A stretch of 63,414 nucleotides of DNA, counting the filler. It is 4 parts of 4 records of this genome, joined end to end, with 100 filler letters (N's around TTAATTAATTAA, not from the genome) between each part and the next. Parts side by side here need not be neighbours in the genome. Positions count along the whole stretch, not along the records: positions 39,829 to 58,055 come from DRR723986_8701; 3 more parts are not named here. One strand, 5' to 3'. Made by a program: the position numbers and the translations under genes. How positions within the stretch are numbered: position 1 is the first letter of the stretch; every line of letters begins with the position of its first letter. Below are positions 47,879 through 58,155 of the stretch, one piece after another. The notes beneath the pieces are model-generated. The model was not told the DNA's origin. It did no database searches and worked only from the letters and a program-made list of their open reading frames with translations.

Positions 47879-48515
47879 CTGCAAGTTGAAAATCTTGAGC
47901 ATCGAATTGGGCGCGCTCAGCTGCTGTAACTTCCTGTACCCTGCACTGAATTGTCAGGCAGCACCGCTCAGATGAAGCGCTTATATCTCCTCAGTTTTGC
48001 AATCTCTCGCGAATTTTTTGCTACGAACTCACTTCAAGCCATAATAACCTGAACCGCTTAACAGCATATTCCGCCACGTTAGCATCAAGTCGCCGCCGTT
48101 GAACACGAAGCCGCAGTGAATTCAAGAACCTCGCTTGTATTCTTGTAGCGGAGAATGGCGGGAAACGTGCCGACAGCCTCTCGTGAGTGTCCACATAGCG
48201 GCCGCAGATACGCCGATCTGCCATAGACCATGGGCTGGAAAGGCTCTGGGAGGAGCGCCGCAAATGCGCCGGAATGGTGGAGGGCCTGACCGTGGCCCGA
48301 TGAATGAGACGAATGGTGGCACAATCTAAACAGGTTGGGGTAAACAGGTGGGGCAAGAATTAGATATGCAGTTCAATTACCGGCAGCCTCGCCGCCAGGG
48401 GTCGCTCCTGACGGACGAGACCTTGTGATCGCTTCTAAAAGCTCCCACAGCCGATGATTTGTCAATTTCGTTCCATGGAATATTTACCATAATTTGGCCC
48501 ATGCATTCCGTGAAA

Positions 48516-50339
48516 CTACGGGGCCAGGCTATCCAGCACCTCGCCACAGTGCAACATCGATGCACCAAAGTATGGATTAAGAACTTTGGACTCCGTACTC
48601 AACCAATTGCCGCCGGCATTCCCGAGAGCCATTGGACAGTATTGGACATAGAAAGTATTTTCATCTGGAGGAAATGCACGTGCCAGTGCAATCAGATTGT
48701 CTGAAACGGGTTTGAACTCTGTGCGTAATGTCGCCATTTCATCGGCCGATTCTAGCGCGTGCATTGACTTCCGCAGTGCTTCTCCATGCTGCAGCCACAC
48801 CGCCTTTGCCTCACCTACAAACACATGCACATCAATGCCCTCCAGCTTTTTCGAAAGTCTTCCTGCTACTGCACGAGCCTGCTTAAAATCATCATTAACA
48901 AGAGCATCTTTAAGCTCCAAATATGTACTAAATACGGGAGCGAGTTTTGCGCGTGCCTCAACACCAATAGAAACTGGTTTTACATTCTGGATAGTCGTGT
49001 GAGACGATGCATCACCAGGGCCGACCATTGTGTTCGATGCACGTATCGCCACCACACCGGGATTCATCATACTGGCATTGCCCGCCAGCTGTGCCGCAGC
49101 ATCTACACTGAACAAACCATTGGCAACCAGTTCATCGCCTGCTTCTACCCCATCAAGAACGACATAAGAATTTCCAAGAGCCGGCCCCAAGAGGACTTCG
49201 CGTAACTCAAAAACTCCAATCTCATCTCCAGCAGTCTTGGCGTAAACGATAGATCGCTCCCCCGTCCAAAGAATCGCAGACTTTGGAACCTGCAACTGAC
49301 CATCCGCCGCCTCGCTGCCTGATTGGCGGCTTGCTGTAATCCGGCCACGCACATACATTGAAGGTTTGAACCGATTGCCAATGTTTTTGAGTGTCGTTCG
49401 CACTTTCACTGTTCCTGTTTGCGAAGCACCCAGAGGCTCAATAAATTCGATGCGGCTGCGGAATATTTTGCCGGGGTAGGCGTTAACACTAAAACTTATA
49501 CTGTCTCCGCGTGATACTGATGCAATATCTGATTCGTAAACGTCAAACTCTACCCACAGGCTGTTAAAATTGACAGCTTCAAACAGGCGTTGACCGCGGA
49601 CGACATAATCACCTTCGCGTATGTTCAGACGGAGTATCTGACCAGCATTATCACTATACAGATCAACAATACCGCTGGCATCCTTGTCAGCAATAAGCTG
49701 ATCAATTTGCACAGTACTAAATTTCCAATTGGCAAGCTTGGAACGTACGGCTGCGTATAACTGCGGCTGTTGTTCTCTCTGCTGATAGGCACGTAACAGT
49801 TCTTGCTGCACCGTCATGACTTGTGGCGAGTAGATTTGGGCAAACACGACCCCCTTCTCAAATTGCTGCCCAAAATAGTTAAGTTTCAACGACTCGATTC
49901 GTCCTGCTACATGTGCAGTTTGCACAAAACGACTGCTCTCACTGGTTACTACTTCCCCATTAACATCAATAATGTGTTGTGCGCCAGTCTGTTTAACTTG
50001 TACTGTTGATACATTTGCCAATTGCATTGCACGTGGAGAAAGCTTCACCCGACGCATATTCGCATTGTCATCAGCAGTCTCCACCGGAATCAAGTCCATG
50101 CCGCATATTGGACAGTTCCCTGCCTCCGGCTGCCGAATCTGCGGATGCATGGAACATGTCCAAGTTGTGCCAACCTGCGCAGCGCTACTGCCGTCCGCTC
50201 TATGGTGTTCTTCTTGCTGTGGCTTTTCGCCACCAATGCCAAACAGCACCCAACTGAGCAATAACCCGGCAATGAATGTACCTAGTGGAAGCAGGAGCCT
50301 GCGCACTGTTCCCTGAGATAATCTCTGTTCTGTTATCAT
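48516..50339 (-). CDS. CusB-like RND periplasmic adaptor with heavy-metal-binding domain and C-terminal DUF3347-like domain
   Basis: WTCSMHPQI..GNCPICGMDL, membrane-fusion core, YLELKDALV, YCPMA, NPYFGASMLHCG. Confidence 0.92.
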   Translation of the reverse strand: MITEQRLSQGTVRRLLLPLGTFIAGLLLSWVLFGIGGEKPQQEEHHRADGSSAAQVGTTWTCSMHPQIRQPEAGNCPICGMDLIPVETADDNANMRRVKLSPRAMQLANVSTVQVKQTGAQHIIDVNGEVVTSESSRFVQTAHVAGRIESLKLNYFGQQFEKGVVFAQIYSPQVMTVQQELLRAYQQREQQPQLYAAVRSKLANWKFSTVQIDQLIADKDASGIVDLYSDNAGQILRLNIREGDYVVRGQRLFEAVNFNSLWVEFDVYESDIASVSRGDSISFSVNAYPGKIFRSRIEFIEPLGASQTGTVKVRTTLKNIGNRFKPSMYVRGRITASRQSGSEAADGQLQVPKSAILWTGERSIVYAKTAGDEIGVFELREVLLGPALGNSYVVLDGVEAGDELVANGLFSVDAAAQLAGNASMMNPGVVAIRASNTMVGPGDASSHTTIQNVKPVSIGVEARAKLAPVFSTYLELKDALVNDDFKQARAVAGRLSKKLEGIDVHVFVGEAKAVWLQHGEALRKSMHALESADEMATLRTEFKPVSDNLIALARAFPPDENTFYVQYCPMALGNAGGNWLSTESKVLNPYFGASMLHCGEVLDSLAP

Positions 50340-50540
50340 AGTATTTCCTTACCACTTAAATTCTGTCCGTGTGTTTTTTGAAGCTGTCGGGGAGACGAGC
50401 GTAGTCATGTTTTCCAGCAATGTTAATCAGTCGGTAGAAAAAACTGCGTTGCAACTGAATTGCAGTCACCCACTTTGTACAGAGCTTGACACATGAATAG
50501 ATTGATCCGAATGTTTAATTGCAGTATACTTCTGAACATT

Positions 50541-51857
50541 TCACTCAGACAACACTCCCACACCCACAGTCTCTGTTAAATAGTATATTTGTGCCAGAGC
50601 CGTAAAATACTGTCGCACCATTGCGGCTTGTTGTACCTGCAACTCCAGTGTGGCCGATTGAGTCGTAAGAAGATCGTCAAAATCGTTTCCAGAATTGCGA
50701 TACTCAGCAAGCAATAGGTCCAACAGTCGCTGATTACGAACTATTTGATGTGAATACAGCTTGAACTTGCGGCTTGCTTCCTGGTAGACATAACGTTCTT
50801 GTTCAAACATGGCAACCATTTTGTTTAACTCGTTGTCTACTGTCAGGGTATACATGTGACTCTGCAACTCAGCTTCATTAACTCCCGCTTCAAATTTGGA
50901 GCGGAATAGCGGCACGCTAAACTGCAGAGTCGGGATGATTGCATCGCGTCCATTGTTAAGCGGTGCGATGTCATCGCGCGCGCCGGTCAGCACATAGTCA
51001 ATTCCCAGACTAAGAGTCGGCATACCTTCTTTTGAGCGTTGGAGAGCTAAGGCATCAGACGCAGCCCGTCGCATTGCCAGTGATTGAATTCGAGGATGGT
51101 TGCGCAACAGACTGTCCAATTGCCTGGGGCCCTGTACAGTAATATCCGCCTCACCAATTGTATGATTCTGAGAAACTTCAATTCGTGACGTATCAGACCT
51201 GTTAAGCAAAACACGCATTTTCTGTTCGACGGCCACACGACGTTCCTGAATGAGCTCCAGTTGAACCTTAAGATCTTCAACCTCCATCTCAACGCGCAGT
51301 ACGTCAGCAAGGCTAGCCGTACCGGCGGCAATGGTATTTGTAAGCAATTGTGTATGTGTAGTTAAAATCTCCAGCTGCGCCATATACAACCGGTGATTTC
51401 CATCAAGTTCGTGGAGGTGATAATACACTTGACGTACGTCACGTCGGAGCGAACTTCTGAGAGCGCGATATTCCTCCTGCAAAGCCTGCGCGGTGCTCTC
51501 ACCAGTTGTCCGTCTTGCATCTAATAGGCCAAACCACGGGATGGGCTGCCGCAGATAGAGTCGTGCTTGCTGCGGCCCCAGTCTGCTTTCTACGGGCAAA
51601 ATCGCGATACCGATATTAACCGATGGATCAGGGTGGCCACTCAAATGTACGGATCGTGCCCGACTGGCCATATACCGCGCCTCTGCTGCTTTTAACCCAG
51701 GGTTGTGCAACTCTGATTCATGTAAATAGTCTGCAAGTGTTTGCGATTTGCCATCAACAACTAACAAAAATGTCAAGGGCAGAAGCACCAGAACCAAGAT
51801 AGTCAACGAACGCTCCAGAGATCGCGATATGACAAGTTTGCCTCTAAACATGATCAA
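50541..51857 (-). CDS. TolC-family outer-membrane factor
   Basis: NPGLKA, LPVESRLGPQ, QPIPWFG, coiled coils; between the cusA- and cusB-like genes. Start may be slightly downstream. Confidence 0.88.
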   Translation of the reverse strand: MIMFRGKLVISRSLERSLTILVLVLLPLTFLLVVDGKSQTLADYLHESELHNPGLKAAEARYMASRARSVHLSGHPDPSVNIGIAILPVESRLGPQQARLYLRQPIPWFGLLDARRTTGESTAQALQEEYRALRSSLRRDVRQVYYHLHELDGNHRLYMAQLEILTTHTQLLTNTIAAGTASLADVLRVEMEVEDLKVQLELIQERRVAVEQKMRVLLNRSDTSRIEVSQNHTIGEADITVQGPRQLDSLLRNHPRIQSLAMRRAASDALALQRSKEGMPTLSLGIDYVLTGARDDIAPLNNGRDAIIPTLQFSVPLFRSKFEAGVNEAELQSHMYTLTVDNELNKMVAMFEQERYVYQEASRKFKLYSHQIVRNQRLLDLLLAEYRNSGNDFDDLLTTQSATLELQVQQAAMVRQYFTALAQIYYLTETVGVGVLSE

Positions 51858-54800
51858 GCTCCTCCCTGTTTAAGCTTGCGCTCTTCACGCATACAATACA
51901 GAACGGGTGTGAAAAAATAGGCAATCACGGCAACCGACATGCCACCAACAGCGGGAATCGCCATCGGAATCATTATATCGGCACCGCGCCCATTGGAAGT
52001 CAGAATTGGCAGAAGAGCGATAATTGTTGTTGCGCTGGTCATGACAGCCGGCCGGATGCGCCGCTCTCCACCACGCACCACAGCTGCATGCAGCTCGGGA
52101 ACTGTTAACGGTCTTGAACGCCGCATACTTTGGTCCAGGTTAGTTGCAATCAACACTCCATCATCCGTGGCAATACCGAACAATGCAATGAATCCAACCC
52201 AGACAGCAACACTGAGGTTTACCTGAGAAACATTAAACAACGTGCGCAGTGAAATATCAGACACTGTTACATTTAGAAACCATTCCTGGCCGAACAACCA
52301 TATCAATACAAACCCGCCGCTAAATGCCAGTGCTACGCTTCCAAAAATTATCAGCGATGTTGTTCCTGAGCGGAACTGTAAATATAAGATCAAAAAAATG
52401 AGCGCCAGAACCAGTGGAATAATGATCCCCAAACGTTTCTCAGCTCGCACCTGGTTCTCATAATTGCCCGAAAATCGATAACTCACACCTTCAGGAACCT
52501 GTAGTTCACCCTCAGCGATCTTATGTTGAATAAAAGCCTGCGCGGCTTCGATGACATCGACTTCGGCAAGATTGTCCTGCCGGTCAAACAGGACATATGA
52601 AAGCAAGAAGGTATTTTCACTTTTTATTTGCTGTGGGCCACGCTCAAATTTGATTGACGCCAAGTCTTTTAATGGATATTGCCTGCCATTGGCAGCCGCA
52701 ACAAGTACATTCTCTATATCAGCAGGTGAGTCACGTAGCTCGCGCGGATAGCGAACGCGAACGGCGTAACGCTCGCGGCCTTCCACCGTATAGGTCACAG
52801 GTAAACCGCCTATCGCCAATTCAATTACCGTCTGCACATCTTCAATATTAATGCCACGCCGTGCAATGGCAGATCGATCAATCTCTATGTTAATATATGG
52901 TTTGCCGACAGTACGCTCGGCAAAAACCGTCTGTGGATTAATAGCTGAAACCTGTTTAAGTATGTCTTCGAGTTTAAGACCAAACGCCTGAATCGAGCTC
53001 AAGTTGGGGCCAAAGACTTTGATCCCCATTGGTGCGCGCATCCCCGTTTGCAGCATCACCAGTCGCGTTTCAATCGGTTGTAATTTCGGCGCTGAAGTCA
53101 CGCCGGGAAGTGCAGTGATTGCTACAATCTCACTCCAGATATCATCAGGTGAGTGAATGTGACTGCGCCAGTTGCGAAAGTACAGTCCACTGTCATCAGG
53201 AATCAACTGCGTCTTGTCAATGCCTGCCAACAGAAGCGAGTCGTTGGTCATGCTGCTGAGTCCGCCGCTATCGCGTAACACAAAGCGACCATCGGCATCA
53301 ACACGAAAACGCATGCGGCGGCCTCTGGCATCAACCGCATATTCAGGTGCGTAGTTAATCACATTTTCGTACATGGACGTTGGAGCCGGATCCAGGGCCG
53401 ATTCCACGCGACCAAGCTTCCCGACCACCATGGTAACTTCCGGAATGGTGCTGACCAGAATGTCAAGTTGTTGTAGCGTGAGAGTATTTTGTTGTACGCC
53501 GGCATGTGCCATGGAAGTCGGCATTAACAGGAAGCTGCCTTCATCCAAGGCCGGCATAAATTCCTTGCCAATGCCTGGAAAGGAATGTAATGCTTGTGAC
53601 CAGATCGTGCTAGTTCGAAGGTTCCATCCAATCATATCAGAGCTATGAGCTATCCAGCCAAATACGCTTGAGAAGCCGAGCCAAATGGTAATACCTACGA
53701 CTATCAGTCCACTCGGAAGAAGGAGAAAAATGCTTTTGTGCCTAAGGCACCAGCCTAAAATGCTTCCGTACCAATGTTGAATTCCCAGCATAATGCCGAG
53801 CACCGTAATCAAAATGCTTGCAACAAATATTGTGTTAACAAAGAGTGTGACGCTTGGCCCAAGCGGCATCCACATCTCCCCCAACAATATTGCAACCGTT
53901 AGCGCCGCCGCAATATTTATTGAGTTCTTTATAATCCAATGTGAACGCCAGCGACTGTGCATTAAGAGACGCGCAACCCCAAAGACAACCAGACTCATGC
54001 CGGCCCAGAGTGTACCCCACATTGCAATGAATAGCCCACCGAACAGTAAACAACATCCGAAAACAATCGACGTGCGGGCGCGGTTAAATCGCATGCGGAA
54101 TAAGGTGTGTGCCAGGGCGGGCAATACAAAGAGTGCCACCAACACCGCAGCAACGAGAGCAAAGGTTTTTGTAAACGCCAGTGGATGAAATAGCCTACCT
54201 TCGGCTGCCTCAAGCGCAAAGACTGGAATAAAACTAACGATCGTCGTTGCCACAGCGGTTAAAATTGCCGAGCGTACTTCAAGGGTGGCATCAAATATTA
54301 CGTCGATCAGCTTTTTACCCGAGCCGGCTTCCGCTAAATGTTTAAGCACGTTTTCGGAGACAATAATTCCCAAATCTACCATAGTTCCGATTGCAATTGC
54401 GATGCCCGACAGCGCCACAATATTCGCATCGACGCCGAATTGCTGCATGGCGATAAAGACCATCAAAATCGCCACCGGCAAAATTCCTGCGATCAGTATT
54501 GATGCACGCAGATTTAACACCAGAACAATTACAACCAAAATTGTTATTAACAATTCAAGAGTCAGAGCATCTTCCAGCGTCGCGATAGTTTCGTCAATTA
54601 GTCCGCTGCGATCGTAAAACGGGACAACTGTTAACTTGCTCGTGCGGCCGTCTGCCAAAATTTTTGTGGGCATGCCTGCCGAGGACTCTGCGATTGCTGC
54701 TTTTACGCCTTCTATCACAGCTTTGGGGTTCGCGCCATACCGGGCCACAACCACTCCGCCAACCACCTCGGCTCCCTCCTTGTCCAATACTCCGCGACGC

Positions 54801-55660
54801 TGTGCCGGGCCCAGGTTAACACGTGCCAGATCGCGCACCAGTATCGGTACCCCGTTGCGTTCCACAACTACTGTCTGTTCAATATCGTGGACCGAGGTAA
54901 TGTAACCCAGCCCGCGGACAAAATATTCGACCTGATTTATCTCGATGGTCTTGGCGCCGATGTCCCGATTGGACTTGCGCACGGCGGCAGCAACCTGACT
55001 GATCGAAATCTTATATGTCTGTAGCGCAGCGGGGTCCACATCCACCTGATATTCCTTCACGAACCCACCAATTGATGCGACTTCCGCTACTCCTTCCACC
55101 GCGGCCAAGGAAAACTTCACGGTAAAATCTTGCAATGAACGCAGTTCATGTAATCCCCATCCACCAGTCGGGTTTCCGAGTGAATCCCGGCCTTCCAGCG
55201 TATACCAAAACACCTGACCAAGGGCCGTCGCATCTGGGCCAAGGGCAGGCTGCACACCCTCGGGTAGCAGACCTGAAGGCAAAGAGTTGAGTTTCTCGAG
55301 AATTCGCGAGCGCGACCAGTAGAAATCTACGTCGTCTTCAAATATGAGGTAGATGCTGGAAAAGCCAAACACGGAAGAACTGCGAATTGTTTTAACACCG
55401 GGAATCCCCAACAAAACAGAGTTCAGCGGAAAAGTGATTTGATCCTCTACGTCACGCGGTGAACTCCCCCGCCAGGGAGTGTAAATTATTTGCTGATTTT
55501 CACCAATGTCCGGAATGGCGTCCACGGCCACCGGAGACCCCAACTCAAGCCCGTGATTCCAATCAAACGGCGCGCTGATTATTCCCCATCCCACTACAAT
55601 CAGTAGCAGAATTGAAGTAACTAACTTGTTTTCAAGAAAAAAGCGAATTGCTGTGTCCAT
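51854..55660 (-). CDS. cusA: CusA/CzcA-family heavy-metal efflux RND permease
   Basis: VDAIPDIGENQQI, GPDATALGQVFWY, GIAIAIGTMVD, FMPALDEGS, GIATDDG, RIRPAVMT. Confidence 0.93.
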   Translation of the reverse strand: MDTAIRFFLENKLVTSILLLIVVGWGIISAPFDWNHGLELGSPVAVDAIPDIGENQQIIYTPWRGSSPRDVEDQITFPLNSVLLGIPGVKTIRSSSVFGFSSIYLIFEDDVDFYWSRSRILEKLNSLPSGLLPEGVQPALGPDATALGQVFWYTLEGRDSLGNPTGGWGLHELRSLQDFTVKFSLAAVEGVAEVASIGGFVKEYQVDVDPAALQTYKISISQVAAAVRKSNRDIGAKTIEINQVEYFVRGLGYITSVHDIEQTVVVERNGVPILVRDLARVNLGPAQRRGVLDKEGAEVVGGVVVARYGANPKAVIEGVKAAIAESSAGMPTKILADGRTSKLTVVPFYDRSGLIDETIATLEDALTLELLITILVVIVLVLNLRASILIAGILPVAILMVFIAMQQFGVDANIVALSGIAIAIGTMVDLGIIVSENVLKHLAEAGSGKKLIDVIFDATLEVRSAILTAVATTIVSFIPVFALEAAEGRLFHPLAFTKTFALVAAVLVALFVLPALAHTLFRMRFNRARTSIVFGCCLLFGGLFIAMWGTLWAGMSLVVFGVARLLMHSRWRSHWIIKNSINIAAALTVAILLGEMWMPLGPSVTLFVNTIFVASILITVLGIMLGIQHWYGSILGWCLRHKSIFLLLPSGLIVVGITIWLGFSSVFGWIAHSSDMIGWNLRTSTIWSQALHSFPGIGKEFMPALDEGSFLLMPTSMAHAGVQQNTLTLQQLDILVSTIPEVTMVVGKLGRVESALDPAPTSMYENVINYAPEYAVDARGRRMRFRVDADGRFVLRDSGGLSSMTNDSLLLAGIDKTQLIPDDSGLYFRNWRSHIHSPDDIWSEIVAITALPGVTSAPKLQPIETRLVMLQTGMRAPMGIKVFGPNLSSIQAFGLKLEDILKQVSAINPQTVFAERTVGKPYINIEIDRSAIARRGINIEDVQTVIELAIGGLPVTYTVEGRERYAVRVRYPRELRDSPADIENVLVAAANGRQYPLKDLASIKFERGPQQIKSENTFLLSYVLFDRQDNLAEVDVIEAAQAFIQHKIAEGELQVPEGVSYRFSGNYENQVRAEKRLGIIIPLVLALIFLILYLQFRSGTTSLIIFGSVALAFSGGFVLIWLFGQEWFLNVTVSDISLRTLFNVSQVNLSVAVWVGFIALFGIATDDGVLIATNLDQSMRRSRPLTVPELHAAVVRGGERRIRPAVMTSATTIIALLPILTSNGRGADIMIPMAIPAVGGMSVAVIAYFFTPVLYCMREERKLKQGGA

Positions 55661-55810
55661 TTGGTAATACCATTGCATGCGATTATTGGCCCGGTCAGGA
55701 ACTCCCGGAAAAACCAGAGTCTTTGGTCAGAATCAAGTCGAGTGAAAAGTCTGCTACAGACAGGCAGGTCTATGTAGGCGTGCCAAGGTGATGGCTACGC
55801 ACTATCTATC

Positions 55811-56236
55811 TCATAATCGCATAGTACAAATCAGAATCGACAAACTCTCAGAGCTTAATGGCGGCGCATTCTCACGCATGGAAACACATTGAGCAGTTGG
55901 ATGCCAGGGAATGTGGTTAAGTTCCGCTTGGCGTAGTGACAAATGCAACACGTGTTTTGCAGACGGTACTCCAACCGTTGGCCCACCCAGGGCTTTACCC
56001 ACTGAAATAGCACGCTGATCGTTCGCACAACAGTTAGTGTGTAGTTCTGCCCCTTTTTGCGCCGATGTCACATGATTGGCGCAGGCACCGTTGCCGGCAC
56101 AAGGTTCTGGCTCCACGGATGGTAAAATCAATACCGTGTCCACTGTCCTGCCGGAGCAAAAGTGTGTATTAATTGCCAAGCCAACATTTGTTAGCAACAA
56201 CAGTATACATAGCGATATGGCGAGTGCACGCTTCAT
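55811..56236 (-). CDS. HYC_CC_PP-family protein (HFC variant)
   Basis: Signal-like N-terminus, THFCSG, NCC, APP, C-terminal LICTMRL; typical position upstream of a metal RND gene. Confidence 0.8.
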   Translation of the reverse strand: MKRALAISLCILLLLTNVGLAINTHFCSGRTVDTVLILPSVEPEPCAGNGACANHVTSAQKGAELHTNCCANDQRAISVGKALGGPTVGVPSAKHVLHLSLRQAELNHIPWHPTAQCVSMRENAPPLSSESLSILICTMRL

Positions 56237-56270
56237 GTCATGTAATTTACACGCCTGCTGGAATCTGCCA

Positions 56271-56301
56271 TTATAGAATTGTGCATTTATGTTGCATAGT
56301 T
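56271..56301 (-). promoter_or_regulatory. Candidate AraC-type operator (direct repeat, 21-bp period) upstream of the HYC_CC_PP-cusA operon
   Basis: TTATAGAATT-N11-TTGCATAGTT, similar to 57169-57199. Confidence 0.5.
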
Positions 56302-56325
56302 TTGTAAACGTCTGATGATGAGCGT

Positions 56326-57069
56326 CTACCACACAAACAACATAAATATTGCCATTGCGATCATGGTCATGTTTTCGATGATTGTGACGGTACTCATCGG
56401 TAAATCAAAGACATCACCCAGGCAAGCACATTGAATTTGGCGCTTAGTCAGTGTGCTCTTAATGACGCCGACGCTGCCAATTCCCAAGATCAAAATCGTT
56501 AGACAACTTGTAATTACCGGAAAAATGTTAATCAAAAACGCCAGGCCCAGACCCAACTCAATAAAGGGATATACCTTGGCGTAGACACGCGATCGGGCGG
56601 CCACAATATCGTACATGCTAAATGCATCTGCGAACCCTTGAAGATTCAGGAGCTTAAAAAAAGCAAACACAATAAAAAAACCAGCCATAAAATGACGCAT
56701 CCAGATCATGACATCAAAAGCATCAAATGGATACTGCACCAGCAGCGTCGTTCCGGCAATGAAACAGCCAATCATAATCAAAGGCTTGTAACGGGCGACG
56801 GAAAAACCACCGGACGGTGTGCCGGCTTCCGTTGACTCCACATCCGATGGCCCAGAGGGTTCAACAATAAGTTTATACTTGCCGGTCGCTTCTACGCGGC
56901 GTTTAAAGTCATCGGTACTGAAGTGTTCAGCAACGGTTAATCGCGCCTGGGGAAACTCCTGTTGAATTGACAGTTCGTGTACGCCGGGCACCGACCGTGT
57001 TAAATCAATCAATGATTGCACACAAGACCCGCAGGTCATACCTTCTATTCCGAATGTGATTTTTCGCAT
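56326..57069 (-). CDS. HMA domain fused to a MauE/DoxX-like membrane domain
   Basis: GMTCGSC; FMAGFF, FFKLLNLQGFA, YD, YPFIEL, CACLG, PMSTVTIIE. Confidence 0.88.
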   Translation of the reverse strand: MRKITFGIEGMTCGSCVQSLIDLTRSVPGVHELSIQQEFPQARLTVAEHFSTDDFKRRVEATGKYKLIVEPSGPSDVESTEAGTPSGGFSVARYKPLIMIGCFIAGTTLLVQYPFDAFDVMIWMRHFMAGFFIVFAFFKLLNLQGFADAFSMYDIVAARSRVYAKVYPFIELGLGLAFLINIFPVITSCLTILILGIGSVGVIKSTLTKRQIQCACLGDVFDLPMSTVTIIENMTMIAMAIFMLFVW

Positions 57070-57168
57070 ACATCCAATTCAATTCACTATTCACACATAC
57101 GATTTCCACCTGCAAAGCGGAAACTCTGATTTCGGAGGCAAATATCGAACAATTATCTACTTCCGGCC

Positions 57169-57199
57169 TTACACGATTGTGAAGTAATTTTATATCGTT
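57169..57199 (-). promoter_or_regulatory. Candidate AraC-type operator upstream of the HMA-MauE gene
   Basis: TTACACGATT-N11-TTATATCGTT. Confidence 0.5.
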
Positions 57200-57203
57200 C
57201 GGA

Positions 57204-57773
57204 TTAAATTTCGTCCAGTGATCGACGTTGAGACGGTGAATCTGCTCGAAACTGAGTGGGTGTCATACCTGTTTCTTTCTTAAACTGCGCCGATAAATGC
57301 GCCACACTGCTGTATCCGAGTTTGTATCCGATTTCGGTCAGTGAGTCTTCTTCATAAGACAGCAATTCCTTAACTTTTTCGATCTTCTGCCGGATGATAA
57401 ACTTCTCTATCGTCATCCCTTCAACGGATGAAAACAGACGGCTGATTGTTGAATAATCGCGATGCAGTGATTCAGCGATTATGCTCGAAAACTGCCTTGA
57501 AGGTGCTGCGTTTGCGTGATGAATATGTTTAATGACAACAGCTTTAACCTGACTGATCATTTTCGATGCACTATCCTGCAATAATTCAAAACCGGCCGTA
57601 TCCAGGCGATCGTGGAGCTCCCGTAATTGTTCCGACGATGGTGAATGTTCAACTACGACTTCCCCCAAAGCAATGGAGACGATTTTAATGTGGCAATCCT
57701 CAAATATTTTGCGAACAGCTTGTACACAACGTGGGCATACCATGTGTTTTACCCTAATCGTACTGGTATTCAC
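57204..57773 (-). CDS. AraC-family regulator with N-terminal HMA-like CxxC domain
   Basis: KHMVCPRC; SRLFSSVEGMTIE, LGYSSVAHLSAQFKKETGMTP. Confidence 0.92.
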   Translation of the reverse strand: MNTSTIRVKHMVCPRCVQAVRKIFEDCHIKIVSIALGEVVVEHSPSSEQLRELHDRLDTAGFELLQDSASKMISQVKAVVIKHIHHANAAPSRQFSSIIAESLHRDYSTISRLFSSVEGMTIEKFIIRQKIEKVKELLSYEEDSLTEIGYKLGYSSVAHLSAQFKKETGMTPTQFRADSPSQRRSLDEI

Positions 57774-57916
57774 GGCGCACCTTTATAGAATGTTTCGATG
57801 TTGGATTAATGTTTTTCCGCAGTTTTTTCAGCACAAACTTCAAAACAACGATAGCAAGATAAACATAGCACAGCAGGAATATAGAGTTTCTTTTCACAAC
57901 CAGGCCGATTCAAAAA

Positions 57917-58055
57917 CGCTTCGCCCCCTCCGGTGGCTTGCTGTTTATTTTTGTTAGTATTTGGGTGGGGATTGTGAAGAATTTGGGTGTGGAATTCTGA
58001 GGAGGTTTTGAGTCTTGGGGCTAAAATCCCCACCAGCTGTTAGCCACAGGCTAAC
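57917..58055 (+). repeat. Second, unoccupied copy of the composite repeat (IS110 target), cut by the contig end
   Basis: Ends in CCCCACCAGCTGTTAGCC-ACA-GGCTAAC; the bases after CT are AAC, not the IS left end CGTAAG. Confidence 0.9.
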
Positions 58056-58155
58056 NNNNNNNNNNNNNNNNNNNNNNNNNNNNNNNNNNNNNNNNNNNNT
58101 TAATTAATTAANNNNNNNNNNNNNNNNNNNNNNNNNNNNNNNNNNNNNNNNNNNN
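58056..58155. other. Artificial contig spacer
   Basis: 44 N + TTAATTAATTAA + 44 N. Confidence 0.98.

Noticed and set aside
48021-48356. 111-aa ORF and overlapping short ORFs
   Set aside because: No family motifs and no clear RBS, so not called as a gene.
50340-50540. Possible small metal-binding gene between the TolC- and CusB-like genes
   Set aside because: Only short frames without metal-binding motifs were found.
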